From: an uncultured archaeon
GTDB lineage: Archaea > Asgardarchaeota > Lokiarchaeia > Sigyniarchaeales > SOKP01
Length of the DNA: 35,149 bases
NCBI GenBank assembly: GCA_964508365.1
Contig: CAZDTP010000032.1
Location: 9,344 to 44,492 of the forward strand
Direction: 5' to 3'
Position 1 is the first letter of the stretch; the number at the start of each line of letters is the position of its first letter. Under the pieces are notes generated by a model that worked only from the letters and a program-made list of their open reading frames with translations, searched no databases and had not been told where the DNA came from. Positions 17,838 through 26,467 of this stretch are shown piece after piece. The position numbers and the translations under genes are program-made.

Positions 17838-18092
17838 TTACATAATTTGAGAAGCATCTGGTTTTATAAAAAGCAAATTATTACCACGTATAAAAATTTC
17901 GTTGTATTTCGCCACAGGACTCCCATCCATGATTTCAGTTGCGTTCTCTAAAATCATATTCATGTAAGCATCGATTTCTTTTAATAAACCCTTATATTCC
18001 GTACCATCTTTTAATCTGAGCAAGATTTGACTGTTTTGAGCGTCTTGTAATATTTGTAAAGGGTTCCTATTTCTATTATTCTGATTTGGCAT
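17838..18092 (-). CDS. Sm/Lsm RNA-binding protein (SmAP2-like)
   Basis: Sm1 motif LRLKDGTEYKGLLKEIDAYMNMIL and Sm2 motif IFIRGNNLLFI; PVAKY segment recalled from crenarchaeal SmAP2. Confidence 0.93.
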   Translation of the reverse strand: MPNQNNRNRNPLQILQDAQNSQILLRLKDGTEYKGLLKEIDAYMNMILENATEIMDGSPVAKYNEIFIRGNNLLFIKPDASQIM

Positions 18093-18185
18093 TCTTTATC
18101 ACTTATCAAAAAAACATTTATATTATAATTATTGAAAAGATAATTTAAAGAAAAACTTTTTTCAATTAAAACCTTTCTAAGAATA

Positions 18186-18791
18186 TTGAACCCTCTAAGT
18201 AAAGATTCAGATAAAAAAAAAAAAAATATTGTCGCTAAGTATGATTCAACCTCAAGCTTCTATGATGATAGATATAGGAACATCCAGAATTCGAAATTCA
18301 CACTACTTCTAAGGGATTTTAAATTTGATAATAAAATCATATTGGATGCGGGTTGTGGAACTGGGCTTCTTTTTGAATTTTTCCTTAGATCTAATCAGCA
18401 AATCCATAATCGGAAACTAAGATATATCGGTTTAGATATTTCCTGGAAAATGTTGAAACAATTCTTATACAAGTTAAATAAGGTAAAAAATATCAAATAT
18501 GTGAATTTAATTTTAGGGGATATAGAAAATCTACCCTTTAGGGAGGAAACAATTCACCAAATTTTTGCGGTTACATCTTTGCAGAATTTGCATAATATTG
18601 AGAGAGGATTGAGAGAATTATTTCGAATTGGTCAACAAGGAACCTCATTAAATTTATCGATCTTGAGAAAAAATTTGAATTTTAATAAAATATTTTCGTG
18701 CCTAAAAACAGAAATCGTAGATTTAAATTTAATAAGGTTGGAAATGGTTGAAGATGTAATTATTCAGGGTAATCTTTTTAAAAAAAAATGA
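18186..18791 (+). CDS. Class I SAM-dependent methyltransferase
   Basis: ILDAGCGTG, GLDIS and GDIENLPF motifs. Confidence 0.88.
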   Translation: MNPLSKDSDKKKKNIVAKYDSTSSFYDDRYRNIQNSKFTLLLRDFKFDNKIILDAGCGTGLLFEFFLRSNQQIHNRKLRYIGLDISWKMLKQFLYKLNKVKNIKYVNLILGDIENLPFREETIHQIFAVTSLQNLHNIERGLRELFRIGQQGTSLNLSILRKNLNFNKIFSCLKTEIVDLNLIRLEMVEDVIIQGNLFKKK

Positions 18792-18793
18792 AC

Positions 18794-19681
18794 TTAATTC
18801 TTTTTTTTTTTTAATGATTGAATAATATCTAAAGGATTGCTTTCTATATTGTATTTTTTTTTAAAGAAATTACACACATTTCTTATATCTCTTTCTAAAA
18901 GCGAATTAGCATTTGGATGATCTGAGGGAACCCATTGTAACCAATCAATAATTAAGATATTATCTTTATTATCTACTACAATATTGAACTCTCCAAGATC
19001 TCCGTGTATCATTTTTGCTTTTTGATAAATAATTTTAACTTGCTTGATAATTTTGTTAAATAATTTAATTGGATTTTTTATATTGCTATGATAGGCTAAT
19101 TCTTTTCCTCTTAAGTAAGACATGATAATGATGTGTCTATTAAATCCAATTGGTTTGGGTGTATCTAATTTAAGTTCATAAATCATGCCTAATGCTTCAA
19201 ATTCTTTTTTAGCAGCAAGTCTATTTATATACAACCAAGATGCGTGTTTTCGATTTCCAAGGAAACTCCTTAGCTGTTTAATATTTTTAAAGCTAGTTCT
19301 CCCTATTCGATAAATTTTTAATGCGAAAATATTCCCATTATCATCCATACACCCATATACATCTGATTCTTTTCCTTTACCAATCAATGGTCCTAACTGT
19401 CCAATTGTCTCCTTTTTCACTAAAGTATGAAGAGCTAAAATATCATAACCAATTGAATTAAGAGTGTATGCTATTTCACTTTTAGACGAATCTCTTATTA
19501 TTAAATCTAATTTATGAACCTTTTTAAGGCGAAATAAAGTCTCTTCCATAGGATACCTTGAATAGAATTTAATGTTATTTATTGTAACAAATTCTGATCG
19601 TTTCATACCGATCTCAATTGCCATTAAAATTCTTAGGTCTTCCTTTTCCATATCAGGAAGAATTTTGGCTGCTTCGGTCAT
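18794..19681 (-). CDS. rio2: RIO2-type Ser/Thr kinase (winged helix plus RIO kinase domain)
   Basis: N-terminal EDLRILMAIEIGMKRSEFV wHTH; IGKGKESDVY, ALKIYRIG, HGDLGEFNI and IDW. Confidence 0.93.
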   Translation of the reverse strand: MTEAAKILPDMEKEDLRILMAIEIGMKRSEFVTINNIKFYSRYPMEETLFRLKKVHKLDLIIRDSSKSEIAYTLNSIGYDILALHTLVKKETIGQLGPLIGKGKESDVYGCMDDNGNIFALKIYRIGRTSFKNIKQLRSFLGNRKHASWLYINRLAAKKEFEALGMIYELKLDTPKPIGFNRHIIIMSYLRGKELAYHSNIKNPIKLFNKIIKQVKIIYQKAKMIHGDLGEFNIVVDNKDNILIIDWLQWVPSDHPNANSLLERDIRNVCNFFKKKYNIESNPLDIIQSLKKKKN

Positions 19682-19722
19682 TTTGTTTTGTCTTTATTTT
19701 GGCATTAGTTTAAGATCGTAAA

Positions 19723-20508
19723 TTAAAGAATAAATTTATGATAGACTTTAATGAAATTGATAAGTTCTGCAAGATTTGGTATTTCATATATAGCGATTCC
19801 AAAAACGATTATTACCAGAAATAATAGTATATCGCTTTGTTTAATATAGTAGATTGAAGCTGTTGATCCATCTTGAAATAAAAACAAGAATATTCCTTGT
19901 TGGAGATAGATAGCAATGCCACTAGAAACCACAAGTCCTATAATTGAATAAGTTATTATGTTGTATTCGATTTCGATGATTCCTATAGTTAGGATAATCG
20001 CAAATGATATTATTGTAAGGATTATAAAAAATAAGGAAATTGATAGCCAATTATCGTAAAATCCTGAACTTACTTCATAATTAAATCCCGTTTCTCTCCA
20101 AACTAGCGAAGTACTTAGATTTAAAAATGAAATAAGTGGAAAAATTAATGCAGGGAATGAAAAAATGAAATAAAGCCTTAAAGTAATAAATCTTGAAAAT
20201 TTATAGAATTCCTTTTTATCTTCTTGCTTAATTTCGCTCAACATTTTATCTAGTCTAATCTGAACATAATCTGGAACTTTTTCATTCAATACAGAGATTT
20301 GAAAATTGATATTGGGGTAATTGGAAATGAGGTTATTTAATAATTCGTATCCTTTTTTTAATCTTTCTTGAGAACTTTTTGGTCCGTTCCATACATAAAT
20401 AATATTGCGTTCCTCGTCCAAAAGTGCGCAAAGATCGTGATAAAGTAAACTTGATTGCTCTTCAATCCAATTTTTATTAGGTTCGTCGAAAATATATGTT
20501 TTGAGCAT
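19723..20508 (-). CDS. Gelsolin-like domain protein with about 4 C-terminal transmembrane helices
   Basis: N-terminal SLLYHDLCALLDEERNIIYVWNGPKSSQERLKKGYELL matches the gelsolin repeat core (D-x-x-x-L-D ... IYVWxGxxS); four long hydrophobic segments follow. Confidence 0.7.
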   Translation of the reverse strand: MLKTYIFDEPNKNWIEEQSSLLYHDLCALLDEERNIIYVWNGPKSSQERLKKGYELLNNLISNYPNINFQISVLNEKVPDYVQIRLDKMLSEIKQEDKKEFYKFSRFITLRLYFIFSFPALIFPLISFLNLSTSLVWRETGFNYEVSSGFYDNWLSISLFFIILTIISFAIILTIGIIEIEYNIITYSIIGLVVSSGIAIYLQQGIFLFLFQDGSTASIYYIKQSDILLFLVIIVFGIAIYEIPNLAELINFIKVYHKFIL

Positions 20509-20641
20509 AGATATTCAAATAATTTTAACTCTGAGTAATTTATATCTTTTTCTATATGGTTACATCATATTAAAGGAACAAAAAATTAAAAACAAATATT
20601 AAATAAAAGGACTAAAAATATGAGATGTAAATGATGTAAAA

Positions 20642-21541
20642 TTATTCATTTTCTATTCTTTTTTGAATCTGTTTCCAATGATCCTCAATATAACTCTGAT
20701 GTCTCTCAATATCTTCATTAGATATGCTTTTAAATCTTTTTTGAGTATTTAGATACTCTATGATAGGTTTCCGTTTTTGAGGATCTAAATATTTACTACT
20801 ATCTTTTGATAATTCAAATTTACCCTCAATTACTTCATAAAGGGGCCAAAAACCGGTTTGAACCGCTAATCTCCCAATCTCAATTGAATCTTTGGGATTA
20901 TATCCCCAACCTGGTGGGCATGGAGCAAGAATGTGAATATATTTTGGACCATTAATTTTCATAGCGTTTTTAAATTTCTCGTATAAATCAAGAGGGTAGG
21001 AAGAAATCGCTGTGGCTACATAAGGTATTCCATGTGCTTCTAAAATTTTAGGCATATTTTTCTTATATCCTGTTTTACCATTCGGAGTAGTAGTACTATA
21101 AGCACCAAGTGGGGTACTTCCACTCCTTTGGACTCCAGTATTCATATAAGCTTCATTATCGTAACAAGCGTAAATAAAATTCGTACCTCTTTCAACAGCT
21201 CCACTTAGACTCTGAATTCCGATATCTACGGTACCACCATCTCCTGCAAACGCAACTACGTTAACATCGTTAGCTAATCCTTTGTCTTCAAGTGAAGCAA
21301 CGATTCCCGACGCTGAAGCACCTGTAGTGGCAAATGGAGTATGAAGTACTGAAACTTTAGTAGTACAAAACCCTTGCATTCCATGTAGAACAGTTAAGCA
21401 CGATGCAGGAACAGTAATTATCGTCTTTGGTCCTAAAGCTTTTAGGGCAATTCTATAAATTAGTGCCATTGAACATCCCGCGCACGCTCTAGTACCAGGA
21501 TATATAAATTCCTCTTCAGGAATTTCCATTAGTTTAACCAT
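20642..21541 (-). CDS. porB: Pyruvate/2-oxoacid:ferredoxin oxidoreductase beta subunit (TPP-binding)
   Basis: GTRACAGC, AGDGGTVDIG, YDNEAYMNTGVQRS and HILAPCPPGW. Confidence 0.93.
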   Translation of the reverse strand: MVKLMEIPEEEFIYPGTRACAGCSMALIYRIALKALGPKTIITVPASCLTVLHGMQGFCTTKVSVLHTPFATTGASASGIVASLEDKGLANDVNVVAFAGDGGTVDIGIQSLSGAVERGTNFIYACYDNEAYMNTGVQRSGSTPLGAYSTTTPNGKTGYKKNMPKILEAHGIPYVATAISSYPLDLYEKFKNAMKINGPKYIHILAPCPPGWGYNPKDSIEIGRLAVQTGFWPLYEVIEGKFELSKDSSKYLDPQKRKPIIEYLNTQKRFKSISNEDIERHQSYIEDHWKQIQKRIENE

Positions 21542-21546
21542 TTTTT

Positions 21547-22842
21547 TTATCCTCCTTTAAAATAATCTGCTTCGTCATAATCACCAAGATTTTCTAATTT
21601 TAAACCGATAAAATCGGTTTCATGAGATATAATTCCTTTTTCTGATTCCTTAATTGCTTTGGTCACTCCTTGGATTATATGCTGATCAGTGACATCTCTA
21701 CCACCTAATCCTACTATAAAACCTTTAATAAACGGGCTTTGCTTTAAACCGTATAGAGCTGCCTTTAATTCGTACGATAAAACTCCTTCATAGCCGTAAC
21801 CAATATCCCTATCAAAAACTACTACGAGTTTCGTATCATTAAACAACTTTCTCAATTGCAAAGCGGGGAAAGGTCTGAATAATTTTAAACTAACTAAACC
21901 AACTTTTAATCCGTCTTTACGAAGTTTACTAATAATATTTCGGGCTTGAGAAGCAACTGACCCCATCGCGAATATTAGGACATCAGCGTCTTCAGTTAAA
22001 TAGGTTTTATAAATTCCATTTCCATAAGATCGTCCAAATTTCTCTGAAAATTCATCGTGAACATTCATTATGATTTCAATTGAATTTTCAAGAGCTTTTT
22101 GCATAGCATATCTATATTCAAAATATCCCGGAGCGATACCTTCTGACCCTCTATCTCTTAAATGAGGAGTAGTCACTGGATCAATCCCTTTTACTACAGA
22201 AACATCAGAAAGATTGTAATGATGTTCTAATGGAGGTAAGAAATTATCAATATCTTCTTGGTTCTCTATAGAAACTGGCATCATTGTATGAGATAATATA
22301 TAACCATCATAAGCCACGATCGCTGGAAGAAAAACCCGAGAATCTTCGGCTATCTTGAAAGCTTGTATGTTAGTATCGTAAATCTCTTGATTGTCCATAC
22401 AAAACATCTGAATCCAGCCGACATCGCGTATTGTTATAAAATCTTGATGATCTGTCCAAACAGACCATGGAGCACCAGTTGCTCTTGTTGCTAAGTTGAT
22501 TATAATCGGGAGTCTATTTCCAGAAGCCCACGGTAAAAGCTCATACATATACATCAAACCATGTGAAGAGGTTGCTGTACCCACTCTAGAACCTGTAGCG
22601 GAAGCCGCGCAACATACCGCGAGTGCGGAATGTTCTGATTCTACTTTAACGAATCTTGCTTTTAGTTTTCCTTCTGAAATAAATTCTGCGATTTTCTCCA
22701 CAACTGGACTCTGTGGAGTTATTGGATAAGCTGCTATAACTCCAACTTTCACTTGTCTAAGGGCGTGGGCTGCAGCATGATTCCCAGTCAAAATTTTTAT
22801 TTTTTTATCGCTTATTTCAGATTTTTTTTCTGTAATTGTCAC
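21547..22842 (-). CDS. porA: Pyruvate/2-oxoacid:ferredoxin oxidoreductase alpha subunit
   Basis: TGNHAAAHA, AYPITPQSP, ESEHSA, TATSSHG, DGYILSH, RPFP and GLGGRD; the GTG start overlaps the porD TGA stop. Confidence 0.93.
   Translation of the reverse strand: MTITEKKSEISDKKIKILTGNHAAAHALRQVKVGVIAAYPITPQSPVVEKIAEFISEGKLKARFVKVESEHSALAVCCAASATGSRVGTATSSHGLMYMYELLPWASGNRLPIIINLATRATGAPWSVWTDHQDFITIRDVGWIQMFCMDNQEIYDTNIQAFKIAEDSRVFLPAIVAYDGYILSHTMMPVSIENQEDIDNFLPPLEHHYNLSDVSVVKGIDPVTTPHLRDRGSEGIAPGYFEYRYAMQKALENSIEIIMNVHDEFSEKFGRSYGNGIYKTYLTEDADVLIFAMGSVASQARNIISKLRKDGLKVGLVSLKLFRPFPALQLRKLFNDTKLVVVFDRDIGYGYEGVLSYELKAALYGLKQSPFIKGFIVGLGGRDVTDQHIIQGVTKAIKESEKGIISHETDFIGLKLENLGDYDEADYFKGG
21551..21556 (-). 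promoter_or_regulatory. Shine-Dalgarno AGGAGG for porB, embedded in the last porA codons
   Basis: Minus strand reads AAAGGAGGATAAAAAAAATG; 9 nt spacing to the ATG. Confidence 0.6.
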
Positions 22843-23138
22843 TCAATTTTCACCTCTTCCATTGAAATTGCTTTTACAGGGCATTCCTCCTGGCAGATTC
22901 CGCATCCCTTACAAAATTCAAAATCTATTTCTGGAGGTATAGTTCTAGTTACTACTGCTTCTGGACAATACAACCAACAATTAAAACAACTAGGTTTTCC
23001 AGACTTTGCGGGAATGCATTTTTCTAGATCTATTATGGGTTTCTTAGGACTCCATGTTCCAGTTTTTCCAGCTTCTCCTTTAACAGGTTTTTGAACTGAT
23101 CCCAAGATTTTTTGATAATCTTTTTTCGTATCAACCAT
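22839..23138 (-). CDS. porD: 2-oxoacid:ferredoxin oxidoreductase delta subunit (2x[4Fe-4S])
   Basis: GKTGTW..KKPIID, C...CFNCWLYCPE and CKGCGICQEECP; I chose ATG 23138 over GTG 23150. Confidence 0.92.
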   Translation of the reverse strand: MVDTKKDYQKILGSVQKPVKGEAGKTGTWSPKKPIIDLEKCIPAKSGKPSCFNCWLYCPEAVVTRTIPPEIDFEFCKGCGICQEECPVKAISMEEVKIE

Positions 23139-23404
23139 GATATCACACAATTTAATGAATAATAACCGATATAAAAATTAGTATCTATTGTAATAAAACT
23201 CTTCCTATTAATAGAAATAGGGATTTACCTCAAATATTAAATAAAATATCATTTTTTCTTTTTTACGAGAAAGAAACTGAATATTTGATTCCTAATAATA
23301 AGAATTTAGAATTTTATCTTTTGGAAATCGAAAGAAATTTATATTCAACAATTTCATTATCTCTTTATAAAAACACCAATCATGAATAAATATCACATCT
23401 TTAG

Positions 23405-25657
23405 GTGATAGAGATAGAGTATAATAAAGAAAAAGTTAGAGAAAAATACAAAGAACTTTTTGAACATTCGTTAGACTTAATTTATGTGAACGATTTGAAT
23501 GGCAATTTCCTTGATGCTAGTGATTTAACATTAATTACTCTTGGTATGGATAAAGAAGAAGTCTTGAATTTTTCTTTTATTGATTTACTGGACAGAGAAA
23601 ATTTGAATAAAGCATACAGAGTAACGAAGGAAATAATAAAAACAGGAAAACAATCTGCCCAGAGCGAGTATAAACTTAAAACAAAAATGGGCGATTCGAT
23701 TTACATAGAAACTTATGGGATCCCTCTTAAGAAAGATGGTGAGATATATGCCATATTAGGGGTAGCTAAAAATATAACGGAACGTAAAAATGCAGAAAAA
23801 AAATTAAAAGAATCAGCAGATATGTTCAAGGCATTGTTCAAAGAAGGATCGATACCTGCGTATACTTGGCAAAATGTGGACGGAAATTTTGTTTTAGTTA
23901 ATTACAACAACGCTGCGGCAAAATTAACACATGGAAGCGTAGAAAACTTTTTAGGAAATAAAGCTTCTGAGATGTACAAAGGTCGCTTAGACATTTTAAA
24001 TGATTTAAATTTATGTTTGAATAATAAAACTCATATTAGGCGAGACATTAGTTATCGATTTCAATTCTCTAATGAAGAAAAATTTCTCCTTGTGAATTAT
24101 AGTTATGTCGATCCAGATTTAATAGTTGTGCGTACCGAAGACATAACAGAAAGAAAGAAAGCAGAAGAGCGGTTAAAAGAATCCGAGCTTAAATATCGTA
24201 ACATGATTAATAATCTTGATGTTGGTTTTTATCAGGTTACTTTAGATGGAATAATGTTGAATCATAATCCGGCACATAATAAGATTTTAGAGTACGACCT
24301 TTCAGAGAGTTTAATTGGTAAAAAGGTGACAGATTTTTGGCAATTTCCCGAAGATCGAGAGCAATATTTAGAACAGATATTAAGAGATAATTATGTCAAG
24401 AATTTCATATGCCCGTCTTTGACAAAAAACGGTAAGAAAGTTGTTGTTCAATTAAACTCTCATTTAATGTTAGATAAAAAAGGAAATACATATGGAATTG
24501 AAGGAACCTTTATCGATATCACAGAAAGATACAAATTAGAAGAAAAACTTCGAGAATCAGAAATAAAATATCATAATCTTTATGATAACACGCCATTTTC
24601 GGTAGTACTAATCAACACTCAAGGAGTTGTTGTAGACATCAACCCAAAAGCTGAAGAAATGTTCGGATACGATAGAAATGAAGTAATAGGTAAAAAATTT
24701 ATGACTCTATCCATAATACATCAAGATTATTTACCAAAGATTCTCTCCGTTTTTAGAAAGTTCGTTAAAGGCGAAAAATTACATCGAATGGATATTATAA
24801 TAAATAGAAAAGATGGTGTGGTATTTTGGGCAAATCTACAAGCAGCTTTAACAAAAATTAAAGAAGAAACATACGTTCAAGCCTTATTTACAGATGTAAC
24901 AGCAAAGAAAGAGGCTGAGATACTTATAGAAAAAGAAGTGATAAAATTAAAAGAACTTGACCAACTAAGGAAAAATTTGATTTCGAGAGTGTCCCACGAA
25001 CTAAAAACACCTCTTGTTTCTGTAAGTGGAGGTTGCGAACTTCTTTTAACACTTTATGGAGAACAATTAAGTAAAGAAGAATTAGAGATTATTGAACTAA
25101 TAGAGAAAGGAGGAAAAAGACTAAAACATTTAGTCGAAAATTTAATTGATAGCTCCAGAATAGACTATGAGAAATTTAAAATTGTGAAAAAACCAGACGA
25201 TCTCAGTGCCATAATTCGGGAAATATCTAAAGAATTAAATTTTTCGATTAAGGATAGAAAAATCAATTTAATGCTTTTATTACCAGAATCGTTCCAGATT
25301 AATTTAGATCACATTAGGATTGAGCAGGTGATTATGAATCTATTATCTAACGCAATCAAAAATACACCACCAAATGGAGAGATTGTGATCAAATTGATAA
25401 AGAAAGAGAATTTTGCTGAATTTTCGATACATGATACTGGTATCGGTATATCTCCAGAGGAAATGGATATGTTATTTACGAAATTTGGCAAATTAGAGCG
25501 ATACGGGGAAGGGTACGAATATATTGATATTCAAGGCTCGGGTTTGGGATTATTTATTTCAAAAGAAATAATTGATTCTCACGAAGGAGAAATAAGAGCT
25601 GAATCCGAGGGAAGATATAAAGGTAGCACATTCATTGTAAGACTACCAATTACATGA
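23405..25657 (+). CDS. Soluble sensor histidine kinase with 4 PAS domains
   Basis: Repeated PAS-linker ends (ITERKNAE, ITERKKAE, ITERYKLE, VTAKKEAE); H-box SHELKTPL, N-box NLLSNAIK, DTGIG and GSGLGL; no TM segment and no receiver domain. Confidence 0.95.
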   Translation: MIEIEYNKEKVREKYKELFEHSLDLIYVNDLNGNFLDASDLTLITLGMDKEEVLNFSFIDLLDRENLNKAYRVTKEIIKTGKQSAQSEYKLKTKMGDSIYIETYGIPLKKDGEIYAILGVAKNITERKNAEKKLKESADMFKALFKEGSIPAYTWQNVDGNFVLVNYNNAAAKLTHGSVENFLGNKASEMYKGRLDILNDLNLCLNNKTHIRRDISYRFQFSNEEKFLLVNYSYVDPDLIVVRTEDITERKKAEERLKESELKYRNMINNLDVGFYQVTLDGIMLNHNPAHNKILEYDLSESLIGKKVTDFWQFPEDREQYLEQILRDNYVKNFICPSLTKNGKKVVVQLNSHLMLDKKGNTYGIEGTFIDITERYKLEEKLRESEIKYHNLYDNTPFSVVLINTQGVVVDINPKAEEMFGYDRNEVIGKKFMTLSIIHQDYLPKILSVFRKFVKGEKLHRMDIIINRKDGVVFWANLQAALTKIKEETYVQALFTDVTAKKEAEILIEKEVIKLKELDQLRKNLISRVSHELKTPLVSVSGGCELLLTLYGEQLSKEELEIIELIEKGGKRLKHLVENLIDSSRIDYEKFKIVKKPDDLSAIIREISKELNFSIKDRKINLMLLLPESFQINLDHIRIEQVIMNLLSNAIKNTPPNGEIVIKLIKKENFAEFSIHDTGIGISPEEMDMLFTKFGKLERYGEGYEYIDIQGSGLGLFISKEIIDSHEGEIRAESEGRYKGSTFIVRLPIT

Positions 25658-25676
25658 TTTATTTGCAAAAAAAGAT

Positions 25677-26264
25677 TTACAAAAGTTTTGCCATCTTAAA
25701 ACCTTGCTCAATCAGATCAAAGTTTAGGTTTCCTAATTGTTCTCCCATTTTATTTAATACAACATCTTTAAGATCCTTCAATTGTAGTTCTGGTAATGCT
25801 TTTGATAGTAAGCCTAAAATAGGGGTATTGATAACGGGGTTTCCATCGATGGTTAAGTTCTTTTCAAGGGCTAAGTTACTAATATTAGCTACAATAATCC
25901 TTGTATTGCTACTAAGGTTAAATTTTTCAACAAAATATTCGGGATTTTTATCAGAATTAACGATAAAAATGCCACGATCCTCGAGGGAATTAACATCTTC
26001 TTGGGTTAAAACACTATCATCAAAAATAATTAGTATATCTGGATTTTCAATTTGTGCTCTATCATATACTTTTTCATATCTAGATAACTTAACATACGCT
26101 TGAACTGGGGCCCCTCTTCTCTCAGCTCCAAAAGAAGGATATGCATGGACATCAATGAAATTCCCACTTAAATAAGCGGCTTCCGCTATGATTTCACATG
26201 CCGTTACTATACCCATACCTCCTCTACCAAGTAGTACAATTCTAATCAATTCTAAATTGCTCAT
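25677..26264 (-). CDS. porG: 2-oxoacid:ferredoxin oxidoreductase gamma subunit
   Basis: GRGGMGIVTA, SFGAERRGAPVQAY, PDILIIFD and NTPILG. Confidence 0.93.
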   Translation of the reverse strand: MSNLELIRIVLLGRGGMGIVTACEIIAEAAYLSGNFIDVHAYPSFGAERRGAPVQAYVKLSRYEKVYDRAQIENPDILIIFDDSVLTQEDVNSLEDRGIFIVNSDKNPEYFVEKFNLSSNTRIIVANISNLALEKNLTIDGNPVINTPILGLLSKALPELQLKDLKDVVLNKMGEQLGNLNFDLIEQGFKMAKLL

Positions 26265-26467
26265 CTTTAAAACCTAATATAAATACACATTATTGCTTGG
26301 TAGGAATCTTATTACTTAAAGAGTTTATTCAAAAATTAAAAACTTTTGCAATTTATAGTTTTAGGACTTCACGATTCATTGAATAAATTCAATGATGATA
26401 AAAAGTATAAAGATAATGAATCATAACAATGAATATTCGATCAAAAATTTTCTACTAAATTAAAGAA

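Noticed and set aside
23760-24920. Repeated ITERK..E..L.ES segments
   Set aside because: These are ordinary PAS-domain linkers, divergent at the DNA level; not a repeat array or CRISPR.
14660-25700. Selenocysteine-type TGA read-through at TGA-ending ORFs (DNA MTase, SAM MTase, histidine kinase)
   Set aside because: Each protein is complete at its TGA, the frames close shortly afterwards or run into the opposite gene, and I saw no SECIS-like element.
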